Shown in pieces: positions 54,333 through 64,000 of a DNA stretch of 64,000 bases; within the stretch, counting starts at the first letter, position 1, and each line of letters starts with the position of its first letter. Made by a program: the position numbers and the translations under genes. The notes under the pieces are model-generated. The model was not told where the DNA came from and made no database searches. It worked only from the letters and a program-made list of their open reading frames with translations. The stretch covers positions 6,776 through 70,775 of the forward strand of contig JACDOJ010000006.1 in the NCBI GenBank assembly GCA_017656135.1, read 5' to 3'. The DNA comes from Bacillota bacterium (lineage in GTDB: Bacteria > Bacillota > UBA5301).

Positions 54333-54826
54333 TGGCGTCCTCCCTCGTATACTACGCTACCCGAAGCCAAGTTGTCCACCAATTCCTCGTACTTTTCCCC
54401 TACTGCCGTCAATGTTAACCGGCGCTCCTTTGGCCCCAGCTGTTCCAGCTCCACCTCCAAGTACTCTTCTGGCCAAAGCTCCTCCCCGAGACGCTGGGGC
54501 CACTCAACGAGCAGGACTCCGCCCCGCCGATAATACTCTTCAAAACCGATTTCTTCTAATTCCTCCGGAAATCCTACCCGGTAGAGATCGGCGTGAAAGA
54601 GGGGCAGCCGGCCGGAGCTGTGTTCTTGGATGATGGTAAAAGTCGGACTGGTGACTCTCTCGGTGAGACCGAGCCCTGCTCCAATCCCTTGAGCCAAGAC
54701 TGTCTTGCCTGCTCCCAGGTCACCGGAGACCAGAACTACCGAGTCAGGCCACAGCAGCCTGCCCAGCTTGCTGCCTAATGCCTTGGTTTCCTCAGGAGAA
54801 CCGGTTGTCAGCTGAGTACTCTTCAT
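54329..54826 (-). CDS. tsaE: tRNA t6A ATPase TsaE
   Basis: GDLGAGKT, SPTF, H.DLYR, VEW. Confidence 0.95.
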   Translation of the reverse strand: MKSTQLTTGSPEETKALGSKLGRLLWPDSVVLVSGDLGAGKTVLAQGIGAGLGLTERVTSPTFTIIQEHSSGRLPLFHADLYRVGFPEELEEIGFEEYYRRGGVLLVEWPQRLGEELWPEEYLEVELEQLGPKERRLTLTAVGEKYEELVDNLASGSVVYEGGRQ

Positions 54827-55455
54827 CTGTCTCCCTCGCTGTAGCTGGCCCTAACCTGCCAAAACCGCACAAACAAGTAGATGACAAAAACAGCAGCCGC
54901 AATCAGAACCCCCCTAGCCAGGTACTCGAAGTAAGGGGTGATCTGTTCCCACTTCTGACCCATTTTGAAACCCAGGAAGGTAACAAAAGCAACCCAGGGC
55001 AGAAAGCCGGCCAGGGTGTAGAAAAAAAACTTGAACCCGTGCATCTTGGAGAGGCCTGCCGGGAGTGTGATCACATTACGCAAAACAGGCAGGGCCCGGG
55101 TGGCAAAAACCACCCACTCTCCGTACTGGTTGAACCAGCGCCGCACCTTCCTAACCCGGCTGTGGGTCAGATGCACATACTTGCCGTAATGCATGATCAA
55201 GGGCAGCCCTCCGTACCGGGACATAAAGAAGGGAATTAAAGAACCTAGGGCAAACCCCAGAGCCCCCGCCAATACAATCCCCCAGAAAGAGAACCGACCC
55301 TCGAAAACCAGAAAACCTCCAAAAAGCAAGAAAACTTCGCTGGTAATTGGCACCCAAGCACCTTCAGCAAAGTGGGCTACAAAGACACCGGTGTATCCTA
55401 AGGTGGCCACCAAATGCATGATAAAGTTGACCAGTAGTTCAATCCACTCAGCCAA
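54823..55455 (-). CDS. DedA family membrane protein
   Basis: P..SE..L.FGG, R.LP..R..ITLPAG, hydrophobic helices. Confidence 0.88.
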   Translation of the reverse strand: MAEWIELLVNFIMHLVATLGYTGVFVAHFAEGAWVPITSEVFLLFGGFLVFEGRFSFWGIVLAGALGFALGSLIPFFMSRYGGLPLIMHYGKYVHLTHSRVRKVRRWFNQYGEWVVFATRALPVLRNVITLPAGLSKMHGFKFFFYTLAGFLPWVAFVTFLGFKMGQKWEQITPYFEYLARGVLIAAAVFVIYLFVRFWQVRASYSEGDR

Positions 55456-56389
55456 GTGCTCGCTCCTCCCCAGCCCTGGATTGGGACTGGGCTACCGCCT
55501 TAGGCACAATCACCTCTTGAGCTCCGGGAACAATCCGGAATTCCTTAGGAGCGTACCCGATGAAGTTGCCTTCAGCCTGAGCTGGAACATCCTGCTCGTG
55601 CACCGGCTCCACTCGGACCTGCCTAGCCCGATAGACCTTAATTCTCGGATGAGACAGGTGTTTCCCTTGAAAAACACTGGGAAAAGCTCGCAAGAAAGCA
55701 GGCACCGACAGATGTTCTACGACAACCACATCAAAGAACCCGTCATCCACTTCAGCGGTGGGAGCCACGTACATACCGCCGCCGAAATAGCGGCCGTTGG
55801 CCACCACCACTAGGAGGGTATCCAGTTCACGCACCTTACCGTCCAGGCTGAGCCTGATATCCACCGGCCTGAAAGTGAGGAGGCAACGCAAAACGGAGTA
55901 AATGTAAGCGGTAGTCCCCTTTAACCACCTGGCCTTCATGGCCATAGTCGAGGCAACCTGGGCGTCAAAGCCCACTCCGGCCACGTTGATGAAGTAGGTC
56001 TCTCCAACCTGCCCAAGATCAACGCTGATACTGTCTCCATCGGCCAACACCTGAACGGCGGACTCAATCTCAGTCGGGATGCTGACACTCCTGGCAAAAT
56101 CGTTCCCTGAACCGACAGGTATTAACCCCAACTTCGATCCGCTGCCGGCAATGCCGTTTAGCACCTCAGTGAGGGTTCCGTCACCGCCAACGGCAACCAC
56201 AGTGTCAAACCCACTGGCCACTGCCTTAGCAGCCAGCTCTCTGGCGTGTCCCGCGTATTCGGTAAACGCCGTGGTAAATATCAAGCCCTGCCGGTGGAGC
56301 TCTTTTTGAATCCGAGACCAGACCTTTCGGCCCCGGTTGCGACCGGCCACCGGATTGACGATAACGAACAAGGCCTTGTTCCTCCCCAC
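55448..56389 (-). CDS. Diacylglycerol/lipid kinase family (YegS/BmrU)
   Basis: NP.AG, GGDGT, P.GSGNDFAR, NG.YFGGG. Confidence 0.9.
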   Translation of the reverse strand: MGRNKALFVIVNPVAGRNRGRKVWSRIQKELHRQGLIFTTAFTEYAGHARELAAKAVASGFDTVVAVGGDGTLTEVLNGIAGSGSKLGLIPVGSGNDFARSVSIPTEIESAVQVLADGDSISVDLGQVGETYFINVAGVGFDAQVASTMAMKARWLKGTTAYIYSVLRCLLTFRPVDIRLSLDGKVRELDTLLVVVANGRYFGGGMYVAPTAEVDDGFFDVVVVEHLSVPAFLRAFPSVFQGKHLSHPRIKVYRARQVRVEPVHEQDVPAQAEGNFIGYAPKEFRIVPGAQEVIVPKAVAQSQSRAGEERALG

Positions 56390-56396
56390 AAAAACC

Positions 56397-56759
56397 TCAA
56401 ATGACGGTTAAACCCAAGCTAATCTCCAGAGCATCATTTACCTTTTCCATATACTCTAAGTCCAGCTTACAAACCTTCTGTTTAAGACGATGTTTGTCGA
56501 TGGTCCGAATCTGTTCCAGTAAAATCAGAGAATCTTTCTCCAAACCAAACCGGGAACAGGAAAGCAGAACATGGGTCGGGAGTTTCGGCTTATTCACCCG
56601 AGAGGTCACCGCAGCCACGATAGTCGTGGGGCTGTACTTGTTCCCCAGGTCATTCTGGAGCACCAAGACCGGACGAGTTCCTCCTTGCTCTGAACCGCGA
56701 ACCGGACTGAGGTCAGCGTAGTAGACCTCACCCCTGGATATCCGCAAGATCTTACTCAC
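56397..56759 (-). CDS. ndoA: MazF/PemK family endoribonuclease toxin (NdoA/EndoA)
   Basis: [20 protein letters not shown]...[16 protein letters not shown]. Confidence 0.95.
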   Translation of the reverse strand: MSKILRISRGEVYYADLSPVRGSEQGGTRPVLVLQNDLGNKYSPTTIVAAVTSRVNKPKLPTHVLLSCSRFGLEKDSLILLEQIRTIDKHRLKQKVCKLDLEYMEKVNDALEISLGLTVI

Positions 56760-57033
56760 CAGGATCCGCCTCCATCAGGTACTCCTCATAGAACTCCCAG
56801 GAGCCGTCCAAGTTTTCCTCGGCCAGCTCCAGATTCAGCTCGCCCATCTCAGTGTACCCCGACTGCATCTGGTTGAGGATCTCCCGGTGACGCCGCACCC
56901 TGATATACAGCCGCATGGCCGCCCGCACAAATTCACTGCGGTTGCAGTTTCCTTCCTTGACCAGCCTATCCACCTCTTCCAGCAGACTGCCTGGAAGAGA
57001 GATAGCGATCCGTTTCACAGTAGATCCCGCCAC
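56752..57033 (-). CDS. ndoAI: RHH/CopG antitoxin (NdoAI)
   Basis: ISLP..LL.EVD, NRSEF.R.AM, M..GY.EM...NL.LAEE; overlaps the toxin start. Confidence 0.9.
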   Translation of the reverse strand: MAGSTVKRIAISLPGSLLEEVDRLVKEGNCNRSEFVRAAMRLYIRVRRHREILNQMQSGYTEMGELNLELAEENLDGSWEFYEEYLMEADPGE

Positions 57034-57072
57034 CTACTCTCTAACCTCCTCTGTCAGCAGTTTTTTCCTCTC

Positions 57073-57588
57073 CTAGTATTGGCGCAATTTCTTCACGGCC
57101 ATACCGGTTACGGCACCGGTGAGGAGAGAAACCAACAAAAGGGGTGGCAGGAGGTAAAAGACTCCGCTGGACCCTACTACTATTGAATATGTTCCCAGCT
57201 GTGCCAAGTTGTGTGAAACCGCTCCGGCCACGCTGATTCCTAAGAGACTGAAACCTCCTGACCTCAAAAGGGCCCACATCACCACCAGAGAAACCAGAGC
57301 GCCGGCCGCCGAAAGCCAAAACCCTAACCCCAGAAAACTCCCGGCGAAAAAGGAAACCAAAATCACTCGCACTGCAGCCACCGCCAAGGCCGCACTGAAT
57401 CCCAACTTCACTAACAGCAGCAGGGTGACGATGTTGGCCAGGCCCCACTTGGCGCCGGGCACCCCTAGGGGAGGCAGTACTGCCGTTTCAAAGGCACTCA
57501 GGGCCAGAGCCAGGGCCAGCAGCATGGCCAAAAGCACCAGCCGGCGTCCTGGCGAAGCCTGGAGAGCGCTACCAAGTAAGGGCGTCAT
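57073..57588 (-). CDS. Gx transporter family (heptaprenyl-PP synthase component I-like) membrane protein
   Basis: PGAK.GLANI, G.SV.GA..HN.AQ, YLLP.LL. Confidence 0.82.
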   Translation of the reverse strand: MTPLLGSALQASPGRRLVLLAMLLALALALSAFETAVLPPLGVPGAKWGLANIVTLLLLVKLGFSAALAVAAVRVILVSFFAGSFLGLGFWLSAAGALVSLVVMWALLRSGGFSLLGISVAGAVSHNLAQLGTYSIVVGSSGVFYLLPPLLLVSLLTGAVTGMAVKKLRQY

Positions 57589-57970
57589 ACCCCTCGTCGC
57601 CCCTTTCCGCTTCAATTATGATTCCGTTGGGCACACAGACGATAACCATGGTCTCTGAGGGCAAGGACCCGGAACGGACGCAGATTTTCTCCGGACAGCT
57701 GGAATCTATTACCCGAAGCTGGCCGTTTTTAATCTCCAGCCAGACCGGTCCCAGCTTACCCTGGATCTGCCACTTTTGGTCCTGGCTGAGGTCGATGACC
57801 TCTTCTCTCCCATCCCAGAAACGCAGTAGGGCGGCTTCAGCCGAGGTCGCGGTAATGTGTCGGTAGAGAAAGCCCACGCCCGCCAGGGCCAGCACCAAAA
57901 AAAGGAGGCCCAGGTCAAAACGGGTCAGCCGTCCCTGGGTCTCCTGGAGTTGTGGTTTCTTTTTAACCAT
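57569..57970 (-). CDS. NusG domain II-containing membrane-anchored protein
   Basis: N-terminal TM helix, then SSCPEKICV..G....IVCVPN. Confidence 0.8.
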   Translation of the reverse strand: MVKKKPQLQETQGRLTRFDLGLLFLVLALAGVGFLYRHITATSAEAALLRFWDGREEVIDLSQDQKWQIQGKLGPVWLEIKNGQLRVIDSSCPEKICVRSGSLPSETMVIVCVPNGIIIEAERGDEGYDALTW

Positions 57971-57983
57971 TTCCCTCACACGC

Positions 57984-59282
57984 TTAGCCGATTTCAGCCA
58001 AGCTTTTCCTGGCGGCATCGATGGTCTGCTCGATGACCTCATCGGTGTGGGCCAGGGAGACGAAGGCAGCCTCATAGGAAGAGGGGGCCAGGTAAATGCC
58101 GTTGGCCAACATGGCCCGGAAGTAACGAGCAAAGAAGTCCTGGTCCACACTAGACGCAGACTCAAAGTTCACCACCGACCGGTCGGTGAAGAAGACACTA
58201 AACATCGCACCAACCTGGTTGGCAGTGACCGGCACCCCGGCTTCCTCGGCCACCTTGGTCAGACCCTGGACCAAGGCAGTGGTTTTGGCCTCAAGCTGCT
58301 CGTAAGTCCCGGCCTCTTTGAGGATCTCTAAGGTAGTGATGCCGGCTATCATCGCCAAGGGATTTCCGGAAAGGGTTCCGGCCTGGTACACCGGTCCGGC
58401 CGGAGCCACCTGACTCATGATCTCAGCCTTGCCGCCGTAGGCCCCTACCGGCAGGCCGCCACCGATGATCTTTCCAAAGCAGGAGAGGTCGGGCTCAATG
58501 CCAAAGCGTACGCTGGCACCGCCCCAGGCCACCCGGAAACCGGTCATGACCTCATCGAAGATGAGCAAAGCGCCGTACTGGGAAGTGACCTCCCTGAGGC
58601 CTTCCAAGAAACCGGGCTGGGGTGGGACAACCCCCATGTTGCCGGCTACCGGCTCGACGATGACGGCGGCGATCTCCTCGCCAACCTTGGAAAAGACCTC
58701 TTTGACGGCTTCTAGGTCATTGTAGGGGAGGCTGATGGTATCCTGAGCCGCGTTGGGGGTGACCCCTGGGCTGTCGGGAACCCCTAAAGTGGTGGCACCG
58801 GAGCCGGCTTTGATTAAGAGGCTATCAACATGGCCATGGTAGCATCCGATGAACTTGACAATCTTGTTCCGACCGGTATAGCCCCGGGCCAGCCGCAATG
58901 CGCTCATAGTCGCCTCGGTGCCGGAGTTCACCATCCGCACCAGCTCCACTGAGGGCACGGCCTCCACAATCAGCTTAGCCATCTTGGTTTCCAGATCAGT
59001 GGGGGCACCGAAGCTGAACCCACGCTCCACCGCTTTCTTCAAGGCTTTGACCACTTCCGGGTGGGCGTGGCCGACAATCATCGGCCCCCAAGAGCCGACG
59101 TAGTCTATGTACCGGTTGCCGTCCTCATCCCAGATGTAACAACCGGAAGCCTTCTCGATGAAGAGAGGGTTTCTGCCCACTGAGCGAAAGGCCCTAACCG
59201 GACTGTTGACCCCGCCGGGAATGTACTTTTGGGCTTCTGCAAACAGTTTATCAGACTTATCAGTTCGCAGTGAATTCACCAT
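57984..59282 (-). CDS. hemL: Glutamate-1-semialdehyde 2,1-aminomutase
   Basis: [46 protein letters not shown]. Confidence 0.97.
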   Translation of the reverse strand: MVNSLRTDKSDKLFAEAQKYIPGGVNSPVRAFRSVGRNPLFIEKASGCYIWDEDGNRYIDYVGSWGPMIVGHAHPEVVKALKKAVERGFSFGAPTDLETKMAKLIVEAVPSVELVRMVNSGTEATMSALRLARGYTGRNKIVKFIGCYHGHVDSLLIKAGSGATTLGVPDSPGVTPNAAQDTISLPYNDLEAVKEVFSKVGEEIAAVIVEPVAGNMGVVPPQPGFLEGLREVTSQYGALLIFDEVMTGFRVAWGGASVRFGIEPDLSCFGKIIGGGLPVGAYGGKAEIMSQVAPAGPVYQAGTLSGNPLAMIAGITTLEILKEAGTYEQLEAKTTALVQGLTKVAEEAGVPVTANQVGAMFSVFFTDRSVVNFESASSVDQDFFARYFRAMLANGIYLAPSSYEAAFVSLAHTDEVIEQTIDAARKSLAEIG

Positions 59283-60304
59283 TAAGGCATCCTCCTTGGT
59301 GCACGGTAAACCATCCGTATTTTCTTGAATTCCTTGACAGTATGAAGCAGATGGTAGTCTGTAATACCTGTGGCCTGAGAAATCTCAGCCGCGATCTCTT
59401 TTAGCTCCTCCATGCTTCCGGCGTGCAGCATGGTGTACAGGTTGTACGGCCACTGAGGGTAGGTGGTGCGGGCATAACAGTGGCTGACCGCCTTAAAGGA
59501 GGCCATGATTTTGCCGACCTCTTCCTCCCTCTCGGCAGGAACCGCCCAAACACCCATGGCGTTAGACCCGTAACCAACGGCGTAGTGTTTTAAGGTGGCA
59601 CCAAACCGACGAATAACTCCTTTGGCCAGAAGGGTTTTGATCTGCTCTAAGAGTTCTGCCGGGCTAAGATCGCAACTGGCGGCGACTGGAGCGAAGGGCT
59701 CAGGTACCGGTTCCAGCTCATTCTGAAAGGCCTCGATCAACCGCCAATCCGCCGGGGAGAGCTCCACCGGCCGGGCCTCTCTCTTGGGAGGACGATAGCC
59801 ACCCTCCTCCCGCAGGGCACCTCTCTCAGCGCCCAGGAAGAACTGGACCTTGATCTTGTAGAGCCTGTGGGCCGGCAGGGGAAGGAGATCGCTGTTGCCG
59901 GTCTTCTCCTTGATCCCGTTCAGGTTCTCCTCCACCTCTGAACTGGTCGCCCCGGTCATGGTAAACCAGAGGTTGTAGCGAAGCGGCCAACCATCTAAGG
60001 TTTCCCGCAGGTAGTTATGGGTTACCCCGGGATAAGCGTTAATCACCGCGGTGGTCTCGGCCAATTCCTCTTCCGGCACGGCCACCGCTACCAGCAGGCT
60101 CTTGTACCCTATCCGCTTACTGTCAAAGACCGGACCCAGGCGGCGGAGCAAACCCGACTCCCGCCATCTGGCGATCTTGGCTAAGAGGTCCGCTTCGCTG
60201 ATCCCGACCCTCTCTGCTACCTGGGCGAAGGGCCGTTCCACCAAAGGAAACTCCTTCTGAAGGATATTCAGAATCTCTCTCTCCTGTCTGGTCAGGTCGC
60301 TCAT
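59282..60304 (-). CDS. Siroheme decarboxylase, fused AhbA-AhbB
   Basis: Two Lrp/AsnC-like repeats: RRLGPVFD...VTHNYLR...NLWFT and RRFGA...VSHCY.R...YNLYTM.H. Confidence 0.88.
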   Translation of the reverse strand: MSDLTRQEREILNILQKEFPLVERPFAQVAERVGISEADLLAKIARWRESGLLRRLGPVFDSKRIGYKSLLVAVAVPEEELAETTAVINAYPGVTHNYLRETLDGWPLRYNLWFTMTGATSSEVEENLNGIKEKTGNSDLLPLPAHRLYKIKVQFFLGAERGALREEGGYRPPKREARPVELSPADWRLIEAFQNELEPVPEPFAPVAASCDLSPAELLEQIKTLLAKGVIRRFGATLKHYAVGYGSNAMGVWAVPAEREEEVGKIMASFKAVSHCYARTTYPQWPYNLYTMLHAGSMEELKEIAAEISQATGITDYHLLHTVKEFKKIRMVYRAPRRMP

Positions 60305-61323
60305 CAAGCGATGCTCCCCGCATCAAAGGCTTGAGAGGAACCGGTCCGGTAGAGACACCAGGGATCCTCAGCCATGTAGTCTCCGTCTGTAGCGTAGTAG
60401 GCTCTGGCCCGGCAGCCACCGCAGACGTCTTTGTGGTCGCAGGTGCCGCAGCGGCCGCCCCAGTCCATGGTCCGCAGGTTCTTGAAGACCGGAGCCTCGG
60501 CCCAAATCTTGTCGAAGGGCGTCTCCAAGACGTTGCCGACCTTGATGGGCAGGTACGGACAGGGGTTGACATCACCGTTAGGGGTAATTACACAGTAAGA
60601 GGTCCCGGCCAGGCAACCCCGGGTGAAGCGCATGTTCATCCCCTTCATCCGGGCGATCCGCATGAACTGCGGAGCGCAGGTGGGCTTGAGCTCGATATCC
60701 ACCTCTTTCTGCTTATCCAGAATGCGGTGGAGCAGCCGCTCATAGTGGGCAGCTGTCAGCATCTCGCCGACGAGCTCCTTGCCTCTGCCGGTGGGGACCA
60801 GGAAGAAGACGTGGTGAGCCACTGCCCCAAGCTCTACCGCCAGGTCGGTGATGTTTTCCACATCATCGTAGTTGGGCTCGGTCACGGTGGTGTGCAGCTG
60901 GACATCTAAGCCCACTTCCAAGCAGTTTTTGATCCCCCGGATGGCATCCTCCCAGGATCCATTGACCTGGTGCAGGTTATCATGGTGCTCCGGAGTGGAA
61001 CTGTGGATGCTGATCCCCATTCTGACAGCACCGGCGTCTTTCAGTTTCTGAGCGATCTCCTTGGTAATTAAAGTGCCGTTAGAGCCGAAGACCGGACGCA
61101 TACCCAACTCTCGGGCGTGGGCCACCAAGTCGTAGATGTCATCTCTAAGCAGCGGTTCACCGCCGCTGAAAACCATGATTTTGAAACCAGCCCGGGCGAT
61201 CTCATCCAAAAGCTTCATTCCCTCTTCGGTGGTAAGCTCCCGCATATCTCTATCTCCGGCATCTCGGTAACAGTGTCTGCATTTAAGGTTACAAGCCCTG
61301 GTAGTGTTCCAGGAAATGATCAT
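60304..61323 (-). CDS. ahbD: Radical SAM heme synthase AhbD (NirJ2-like)
   Basis: [31 protein letters not shown] cysteines. Confidence 0.82.
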   Translation of the reverse strand: MIISWNTTRACNLKCRHCYRDAGDRDMRELTTEEGMKLLDEIARAGFKIMVFSGGEPLLRDDIYDLVAHARELGMRPVFGSNGTLITKEIAQKLKDAGAVRMGISIHSSTPEHHDNLHQVNGSWEDAIRGIKNCLEVGLDVQLHTTVTEPNYDDVENITDLAVELGAVAHHVFFLVPTGRGKELVGEMLTAAHYERLLHRILDKQKEVDIELKPTCAPQFMRIARMKGMNMRFTRGCLAGTSYCVITPNGDVNPCPYLPIKVGNVLETPFDKIWAEAPVFKNLRTMDWGGRCGTCDHKDVCGGCRARAYYATDGDYMAEDPWCLYRTGSSQAFDAGSIA

Positions 61324-62306
61324 CGCTGTTCCTCCTTCAACCACCGGGCGACATCCTTAGCCCAGTAGGTCAAAATCATATCCGCACCGGCCCGGCGCAT
61401 GGACAGCAGCATCTCCAAGGCTACCGCCCGTTCATCGATCCAGCCTTTGGCGGCAGCTGCCTTGACCATGGAGTACTCACCGCTGATGTTGTAAGCCGCC
61501 ACCGGTACAGGAAACTCCTCCTTGATCAGTTTAACAACATCCAGGTAGGCGAGGGCAGGTTTCACCATGACGATGTCAGCGCCCTCAGCCAGGTCCTGCT
61601 CGGTCTCACGGATGGCTTCCCGGACATTGGCCGGGTCCATCTGGTAGCTCCGGCGGTCCCCGAAACTGGGAGCGGACTGGGCGGCTTCCCGGAAAGGTCC
61701 GTACATGGCCGAGGCGTACTTGACCGAATAGGCCATGATGCCCACATTGGTAAAAGAGTGCTCATCCAGCTTCCGGCGGATGGCACCGACCCGGCCATCC
61801 ATCATATCCGACGGGCAAACGAAATCAGCGCCGGCCTCAGCATGGGAAAGGGCGATTTTGGCCAAGTTCTCCAGGCTGGGGTCGTTTAGGATCTCCTGAC
61901 CCTGAATCAAACCACAGTGCCCGTGATCCGTGTAGTCGCAGAGACAGACATCGGTCATGACCACCAGATCAGGCACCTCCTTTTTGATGACCTTGATGGC
62001 CCGCTGGACCGGCCCTTGAGCCTGCCAACCGGAGGAGCCTTCGGCATCCTTATACTCAGGGATCCCGAAAAGGATGATCGCCGGCACTCCCAGCTCGTAA
62101 ACTTCGACCGCTTCTTTGACCACCTCATCCACGGAGAGGTGGTAGTTGCCGGGCATAGCGGAGATCTCCTCCCGCACTCCGCTGCCGGGGCAGACAAAGA
62201 GCGGATAGATGAAGTCGGATACATCCAACCTAGTCTCCGCCACCAGCCGGCGGACGTCAGGAGTGCGCCTGAGCCGTCTCATTCTGGTCGTGGGGAAATA
62301 GGACAC
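61320..62306 (-). CDS. hemB: Porphobilinogen synthase
   Basis: [36 protein letters not shown]. Confidence 0.97.
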   Translation of the reverse strand: MSYFPTTRMRRLRRTPDVRRLVAETRLDVSDFIYPLFVCPGSGVREEISAMPGNYHLSVDEVVKEAVEVYELGVPAIILFGIPEYKDAEGSSGWQAQGPVQRAIKVIKKEVPDLVVMTDVCLCDYTDHGHCGLIQGQEILNDPSLENLAKIALSHAEAGADFVCPSDMMDGRVGAIRRKLDEHSFTNVGIMAYSVKYASAMYGPFREAAQSAPSFGDRRSYQMDPANVREAIRETEQDLAEGADIVMVKPALAYLDVVKLIKEEFPVPVAAYNISGEYSMVKAAAAKGWIDERAVALEMLLSMRRAGADMILTYWAKDVARWLKEEQR

Positions 62307-62324
62307 GGTTAATCCCTCCTAGTT

Positions 62325-63530
62325 TTAACCTGTCTGTTCAGTAGAGGTGTCTACGATGCCGATCTCTTCATCCGTCAGGTAGCAGGCCGGGTCTTCCGCC
62401 CACATGTCACCGTGGACAACTTCGGCCCGGATGCGGCAACCACCGCAGATCTCAGTGTATTTGCACTTGGCACAGCGGCCTTTGACATGAGCCTGTTTGT
62501 TGCGCAGCTTGTTCAGGAACTCGTCCTGAGAGTCCCGCCAGATCTCGCTGAATTTCTTTTCTCTCACATTGCCCAGGGTCCGGTGGCCCCAGAACTGGCA
62601 GGCGTGGACGTTGCCGAAGGGATCCACGTTGGACATCTTGACACCGGCAGAACAGCCGCCGTGCATCTTCAGAAGCTGCCAGACCTCTTCTGCCCTTTCC
62701 GGCATGTGCTTCTGAATGTACTGATAAATGTAAACGCCGTCGGCATGGTTGTCTGTGGTCAAGATCTCTACCTCCACGCCCTTGTCTTTCAGTTCGAAAG
62801 ACTTCCTGACCAGAAACTCAATGGTTTCCCGTTTCTGAGCGTGGGTGGTATCCAGCTCCAGCATTTCTTTGCCCCGGCCGGCGTAGACCAAATGGTACAT
62901 ACAGAACCTGGGAATACGCTCCTTCTCCACCACGTCGAGAACAGCCGGTAGGTCCTGGATGTTGTTGGCGTTGACAGTAAAGCGGACCCCGGCCTTCACT
63001 CCCGCTTCCAGAGAGTTCTTGATTCCGGCAATGGCTTTCTGGAAAGCGCCTTTGACACCCCGGAACTTGTCGTGGGTCTTTTCGGCACCGTCGATGCTGA
63101 CCCCGACATACTGAAAGCCGGCTTCCTTGATCATTTTGGCCCTCTCCGGAGTGATCAGAGTACCGTTGGTGGAGATGACCGGGCGCAAGCCTTTGGAGGC
63201 CGCCAATGCGCCTAATTCATAAAGGTTCTGGCGCAAGAGAGGCTCGCCGCCGGAGAAAAGGAGCACCGGTATTTGCATCTCTCCCAGGTCCTCGATCATG
63301 GCTTTAGCCTCTTCGTAGGTGAGCTCGCCGGAGTAGTCTTTGTCTTCCGCATTGATGTAACAATGCTCGCAGAGCAAATTGCAGCGGTTGGTGGTGTTCC
63401 AGACCACCAGCGGACGAGCGTCGGACGAAAACTGCAGCAAGTGCGGAGGTAGTTTCCTGGTATCCCGGCCGTAGTTCAAGGCCTCAGATACTGTCGCCTG
63501 GCCGCAGAGTAGTTTAGTACATCCAATCAT
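62325..63530 (-). CDS. ahbC: Radical SAM Fe-coproporphyrin synthase AhbC (NirJ1-like)
   Basis: MIG.TKLLCG, VVWN.T.RCNL.C.HCY, YHLVY.GRG, DNHADG, SPASM domain. Confidence 0.85.
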   Translation of the reverse strand: MIGCTKLLCGQATVSEALNYGRDTRKLPPHLLQFSSDARPLVVWNTTNRCNLLCEHCYINAEDKDYSGELTYEEAKAMIEDLGEMQIPVLLFSGGEPLLRQNLYELGALAASKGLRPVISTNGTLITPERAKMIKEAGFQYVGVSIDGAEKTHDKFRGVKGAFQKAIAGIKNSLEAGVKAGVRFTVNANNIQDLPAVLDVVEKERIPRFCMYHLVYAGRGKEMLELDTTHAQKRETIEFLVRKSFELKDKGVEVEILTTDNHADGVYIYQYIQKHMPERAEEVWQLLKMHGGCSAGVKMSNVDPFGNVHACQFWGHRTLGNVREKKFSEIWRDSQDEFLNKLRNKQAHVKGRCAKCKYTEICGGCRIRAEVVHGDMWAEDPACYLTDEEIGIVDTSTEQTG

Positions 63531-63552
63531 TGTTCATTTCCCCTTTACATTT

Positions 63553-64000
63553 TTATTGGGCAAAATACTCAATCAAAGATTCAACCAAGCCATCAATGGT
63601 GTACTCATCAGCCTCCAGGTCCACTGAGATACCGGCTGCTCTAGTGGTTTCCGCAGTGATGGGACCGATGCAAGCGATGGTAACGCCCTTTATCAAGTCA
63701 AGGCTGCCTCCAGCCTTGGTGAGTAGAGTGAGAAAGTTCTTGACCGTGGAGGAACTGGTGAAGGTGATGGCATCCACCTGACCCTGGGAGAGCTCTCTGA
63801 CTAGGGTCTCTCCTTCAGACTCATCCAACACGGTCTTGTACACAGGGACCTCCAGGACCTTGGCGCCCCTCCTTTTGAGCTCCTCGGGGAGGATGGTCCG
63901 GGCCTCCAGCGCCCTGGGGATCAAGACTTTCTTGCCGCTAACCTCCTCGGTCGGGAAACCGGCTAACAGTCCCTCAGCCCGGTATTCGGTGGGAATGAAG
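63553..64000 (-). CDS. hemD: Uroporphyrinogen-III synthase (C-terminal part; possibly a CobA-HemD fusion), starts outside the window
   Basis: PRA..AR..LP..L, VY.T, FTSSSTV.NF, IGP.T, YTIDGL. Confidence 0.88.
   Translation of the reverse strand, partial: FIPTEYRAEGLLAGFPTEEVSGKKVLIPRALEARTILPEELKRRGAKVLEVPVYKTVLDESEGETLVRELSQGQVDAITFTSSSTVKNFLTLLTKAGGSLDLIKGVTIACIGPITAETTRAAGISVDLEADEYTIDGLVESLIEYFAQ

Noticed and set aside
57041-57448. 135-aa minus-strand ORF overlapping the Gx gene
   Set aside because: Alternative frame of a well-supported membrane protein gene.

Overview
A ~64 kb core-genome region of an anaerobic, moderately GC-rich Firmicute. It is probably diderm and Limnochordia-like: Firmicute regulatory hallmarks (CIRCE, SigH-type promoters, HisR/YerC, NdoAI-NdoA) co-occur with outer-membrane beta-barrel genes. 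All confidently identified intact genes are on the minus strand. In transcription order (right to left): the alternative (siroheme, Ahb) heme pathway; NusG-II/Gx genes; ndoAI-ndoA; tsaE-tsaB-rimI-tsaD; an OMP; two moeA genes and deoC; groES-groEL; hpt-guaA and an NCS2 permease; a broken OMP gene (the only plus-strand gene); the HisR-his operon; LysM/SleB and phospholipase C-like genes; FBP aldolase/phosphatase; pcrA-ppaC-lepB-ligA-gatCAB; a Re-citrate synthase/LeuCD-like/ICDH operon with paaK; a stand-alone glutamate synthase FMN protein; and a final ~10.8 kb operon. No mobile element, CRISPR array, rRNA or tRNA was seen. The best candidates for undescribed biology are three. (1) A lipoyl-carrier module (sLpl-type ligase, LbpA/GcvH-like carrier, atypical FAD oxidoreductase, CCG/HdrD-like Fe-S protein) sits inside a SAM by-product salvage operon. 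(2) That salvage operon carries sequence signatures of a deamination-first, inosine-type route. (3) A riboswitch-like leader with a mutually exclusive stem and terminator lies upstream of the gluconeogenic FBP aldolase/phosphatase. All calls come from reading the sequence and recalled family motifs; no searches were run.
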